Origin: Pirellulales bacterium
GTDB lineage: Bacteria; Planctomycetota; Planctomycetia; Pirellulales; UBA1268
Direction of reading: 5' to 3'
NCBI GenBank assembly: GCA_044346905.1
Contig: JBIIYH010000001.1
Location: 1 to 46,322 of the forward strand
Length of the DNA: 46,322 bases
In this document: one piece after another, positions 44,709 to 46,322 of the stretch
Position numbering within the stretch: position 1 is the first letter of the stretch
Layout: every line of letters starts with the position of its first letter
The notes under the pieces: model-generated
The model's input: the letters and a program-made list of their open reading frames with translations, nothing else
The model's database searches: none
What the model was told of the DNA's origin: nothing
Program-made: the position numbers and the translations under genes

Positions 44709-44910
44709 GGGGTTGCCCAGGCCAATCGAGCGGCGTTGCTAGCGAGCGCAGGCAGGATGCCGAAGCGGATGCGGGATACCGGCGAGCTAGCATCGAGCGA
44801 CCGGAGGGCAGGACGCCCATAGGGAGCGTCCAGCGAGATGGCATGGGCAACCTCGAGCCCGCGCGCGAGAGGCCCCACCGAGCGTCCGGCGAGATGGCAA
44901 GGGCGACCCC
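44709..44910 (+). repeat. palindromic intergenic repeat, copy F (three modules, 44709-44854) plus an orphan right half-element (44879-44910)
   Basis: Termini GGGGTTGCCCAGGCCA / TGGCATGGGCAACCTC (2 mismatches). This is followed by CGAGCGTCCGGCGAGATGGCAAGGGCGACCCC, which has no left partner. Confidence 0.8.
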
Positions 44911-44981
44911 GAGCCTGCGCGTCGATTCAGAGAACCATTCGCGCCCATGCCTGCGTCCGGGTACGCTGTGGCCCAAACACG

Positions 44982-46322
44982 ATGACCCATCCCGAACCCC
45001 GCGACCCCACCATGCCCGACCCGCAGCCCGAGCCCCACGATCCGACGACTCCCCCCGAGGCCAGCGGCGGCACCGCCGCGCAACTGGAGAAGGCCCGCCG
45101 CGACAAGCTCGCCAAGCTCGCGGCGCTGGGCATCGATCCCTGGGGGCAGCGGTTCGACCACGTCGTGGCGATCGCGCAGGTCCGGGCGACGGGCGAGGGT
45201 GTGGCGAAGGAGGCCGAGGACGGGCCGACGGTGCGGGTGGCGGGCCGGATCATGCTCCAGCGGAGCGCCGGGAGCCTCGTGTTCCTGTCGCTGGCTGACC
45301 GGACCGGCCGGATCCAGATCATGCTCGGCAAGAAGCAGGTGGGGCCCGAGGCTTGGAACGTCGTGAATTGCCTCGACCTCGGCGACCTCGTGGGCATCGA
45401 CGGCCGGCTCGGCTGGTCGAAGACCGGTGAGCTGACGGTGTTCGCCACGGGCGTCACGTTCCTGGCCAAGAGCATCGAGACGCCGCCCGACAAGTTCCAC
45501 GGCCTGGTCGACACCGAGCTCCGCCAGCGGATGCGGTACCTCGACCTGATCCACGGCGAGGGCGTGCGCGAGCGGTTCGTGGCCCGCAGCCGGATCATCG
45601 AGGCGGTGCGGCGGGTGCTGGCCGATCGCGGCTATCTGGAGATCGAGGGGCCGACGCTCCAAGACAGCGCCGGCGGTGCCGCGGCCCGGCCGTTCAAGAC
45701 CCACCACAACGCCCTCGACATGCCGCTGGTGCTCCGAATCGCGCTCGAGCTGCACTTGAAGCGGCTCCTGGTCGGGGGCCTCGAGCGGGTGTTCGAGCTC
45801 GGTCGGGTCTACCGGAACGAGGGCGTGAGCCCGCGGCACAATCCCGAGTTCACGATGCTCGAGGCCTACGAGGCCTACGGCGACTATTCCTCCATGATGG
45901 ATCTCACCGAGGCGATCATCGTGGAGGCGGCGAAGGTCGCGGGCACGCCTACCCGGTTCGAGTGGATGGGTCACGCGGTCGATCTCACGCCGCCGTTTCG
46001 CCGGGCGAAATACGACGACTTGCTTCGTGAGGTGACCGGCTGCGATCCCGCCGATCCGGCGAGCGTCGCGGCCGCCGCGGCCAAGGCCGGCATCGAGACG
46101 GCCGGCCGACATCCGGACGTGATCAAGAGCGACCTCTTCGAGGCCACGGTCGAGGACACACTCGCCGGGCCGGTGTTCGTGATCGACTATCCGGCGGCCA
46201 TCTGTCCGCTCACCAAGCGAAAGGCCGGAGCGCCGCACATTGCCGAGCGGTTCGAGCTCTACGTGGCGGGCATGGAACTGGCCAACGCCTACACCGAACT
46301 CAACGATCCGGATCTCCAGGAG
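44982..46322 (+). CDS. lysS: lysine--tRNA ligase (class II), 3' end beyond the window
   Basis: Open frame from ATG 44982 to the window end (447 codons), absent from the track because it has no stop. Contains RV.GRIM..R, FL.L.D..G.IQ, RYLDLI, LEIEGP and FELGRVYRNEG.S.RHNPEFTMLE (motif 2), and ends in ELANAYTELNDP. Confidence 0.93.
   Translation, partial: MTHPEPRDPTMPDPQPEPHDPTTPPEASGGTAAQLEKARRDKLAKLAALGIDPWGQRFDHVVAIAQVRATGEGVAKEAEDGPTVRVAGRIMLQRSAGSLVFLSLADRTGRIQIMLGKKQVGPEAWNVVNCLDLGDLVGIDGRLGWSKTGELTVFATGVTFLAKSIETPPDKFHGLVDTELRQRMRYLDLIHGEGVRERFVARSRIIEAVRRVLADRGYLEIEGPTLQDSAGGAAARPFKTHHNALDMPLVLRIALELHLKRLLVGGLERVFELGRVYRNEGVSPRHNPEFTMLEAYEAYGDYSSMMDLTEAIIVEAAKVAGTPTRFEWMGHAVDLTPPFRRAKYDDLLREVTGCDPADPASVAAAAAKAGIETAGRHPDVIKSDLFEATVEDTLAGPVFVIDYPAAICPLTKRKAGAPHIAERFELYVAGMELANAYTELNDPDLQE

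Noticed and set aside
40431-44910. Clustered repeats considered as a CRISPR array
   Set aside because: The copies are 75-159 bp, internally palindromic, in mixed orientation, and separated by whole genes rather than by uniform 30-40-bp spacers. No cas genes are present.

Overview
High-GC bacterial chromosomal window. By eye it is about 65-70% GC, apart from an AT-richer first ~0.9 kb. Gene content and protein signatures fit a Planctomycetota-like genome, but the taxon cannot be proven from this sequence.

Layout:
- 0.9-12.9 kb, housekeeping: tRNA-Asn, an RsbW/RsbV-type partner-switching pair, groES-groEL, feoA-feoB plus a small downstream membrane ORF, bioD, a GalT-family HIT enzyme, a peroxiredoxin, dgkA, aqpZ, a secreted PQQ-like beta-propeller protein and hisI.
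- 12.9-41.7 kb, one large surface-glycan locus: a WaaL-like ligase fused to TPRs, SDR enzymes, GT2s, a Wzm/Wzt ABC exporter, two sulfotransferase-coiled-coil modules, two WbsX modules, GT-C-like membrane proteins, methyltransferases, a polyprenyl-phosphate-type GT2 and rfbB/D/A/C.
- 41.9-46.3 kb: queD-like, hemB, mog, a VOC protein and lysS (runs off the window).

Main finding: a 2,061-aa single ORF ordered sulfotransferase, ~220-aa coiled coil, WbsX, GT2, GT4, Zn-ribbon/SAM-methyltransferase. I read it as a terminator-ruler-polymerase glycan assembly protein that caps with sulfate. This is inference from motifs only.

Second signal: six intergenic copies of a modular palindromic repeat whose terminal stems carry compensatory substitutions.

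No CRISPR array, transposase, integrase or recognisable defence genes were seen. Many long ORFs in the supplied track are antisense or out-of-frame high-GC artefacts and are not called.
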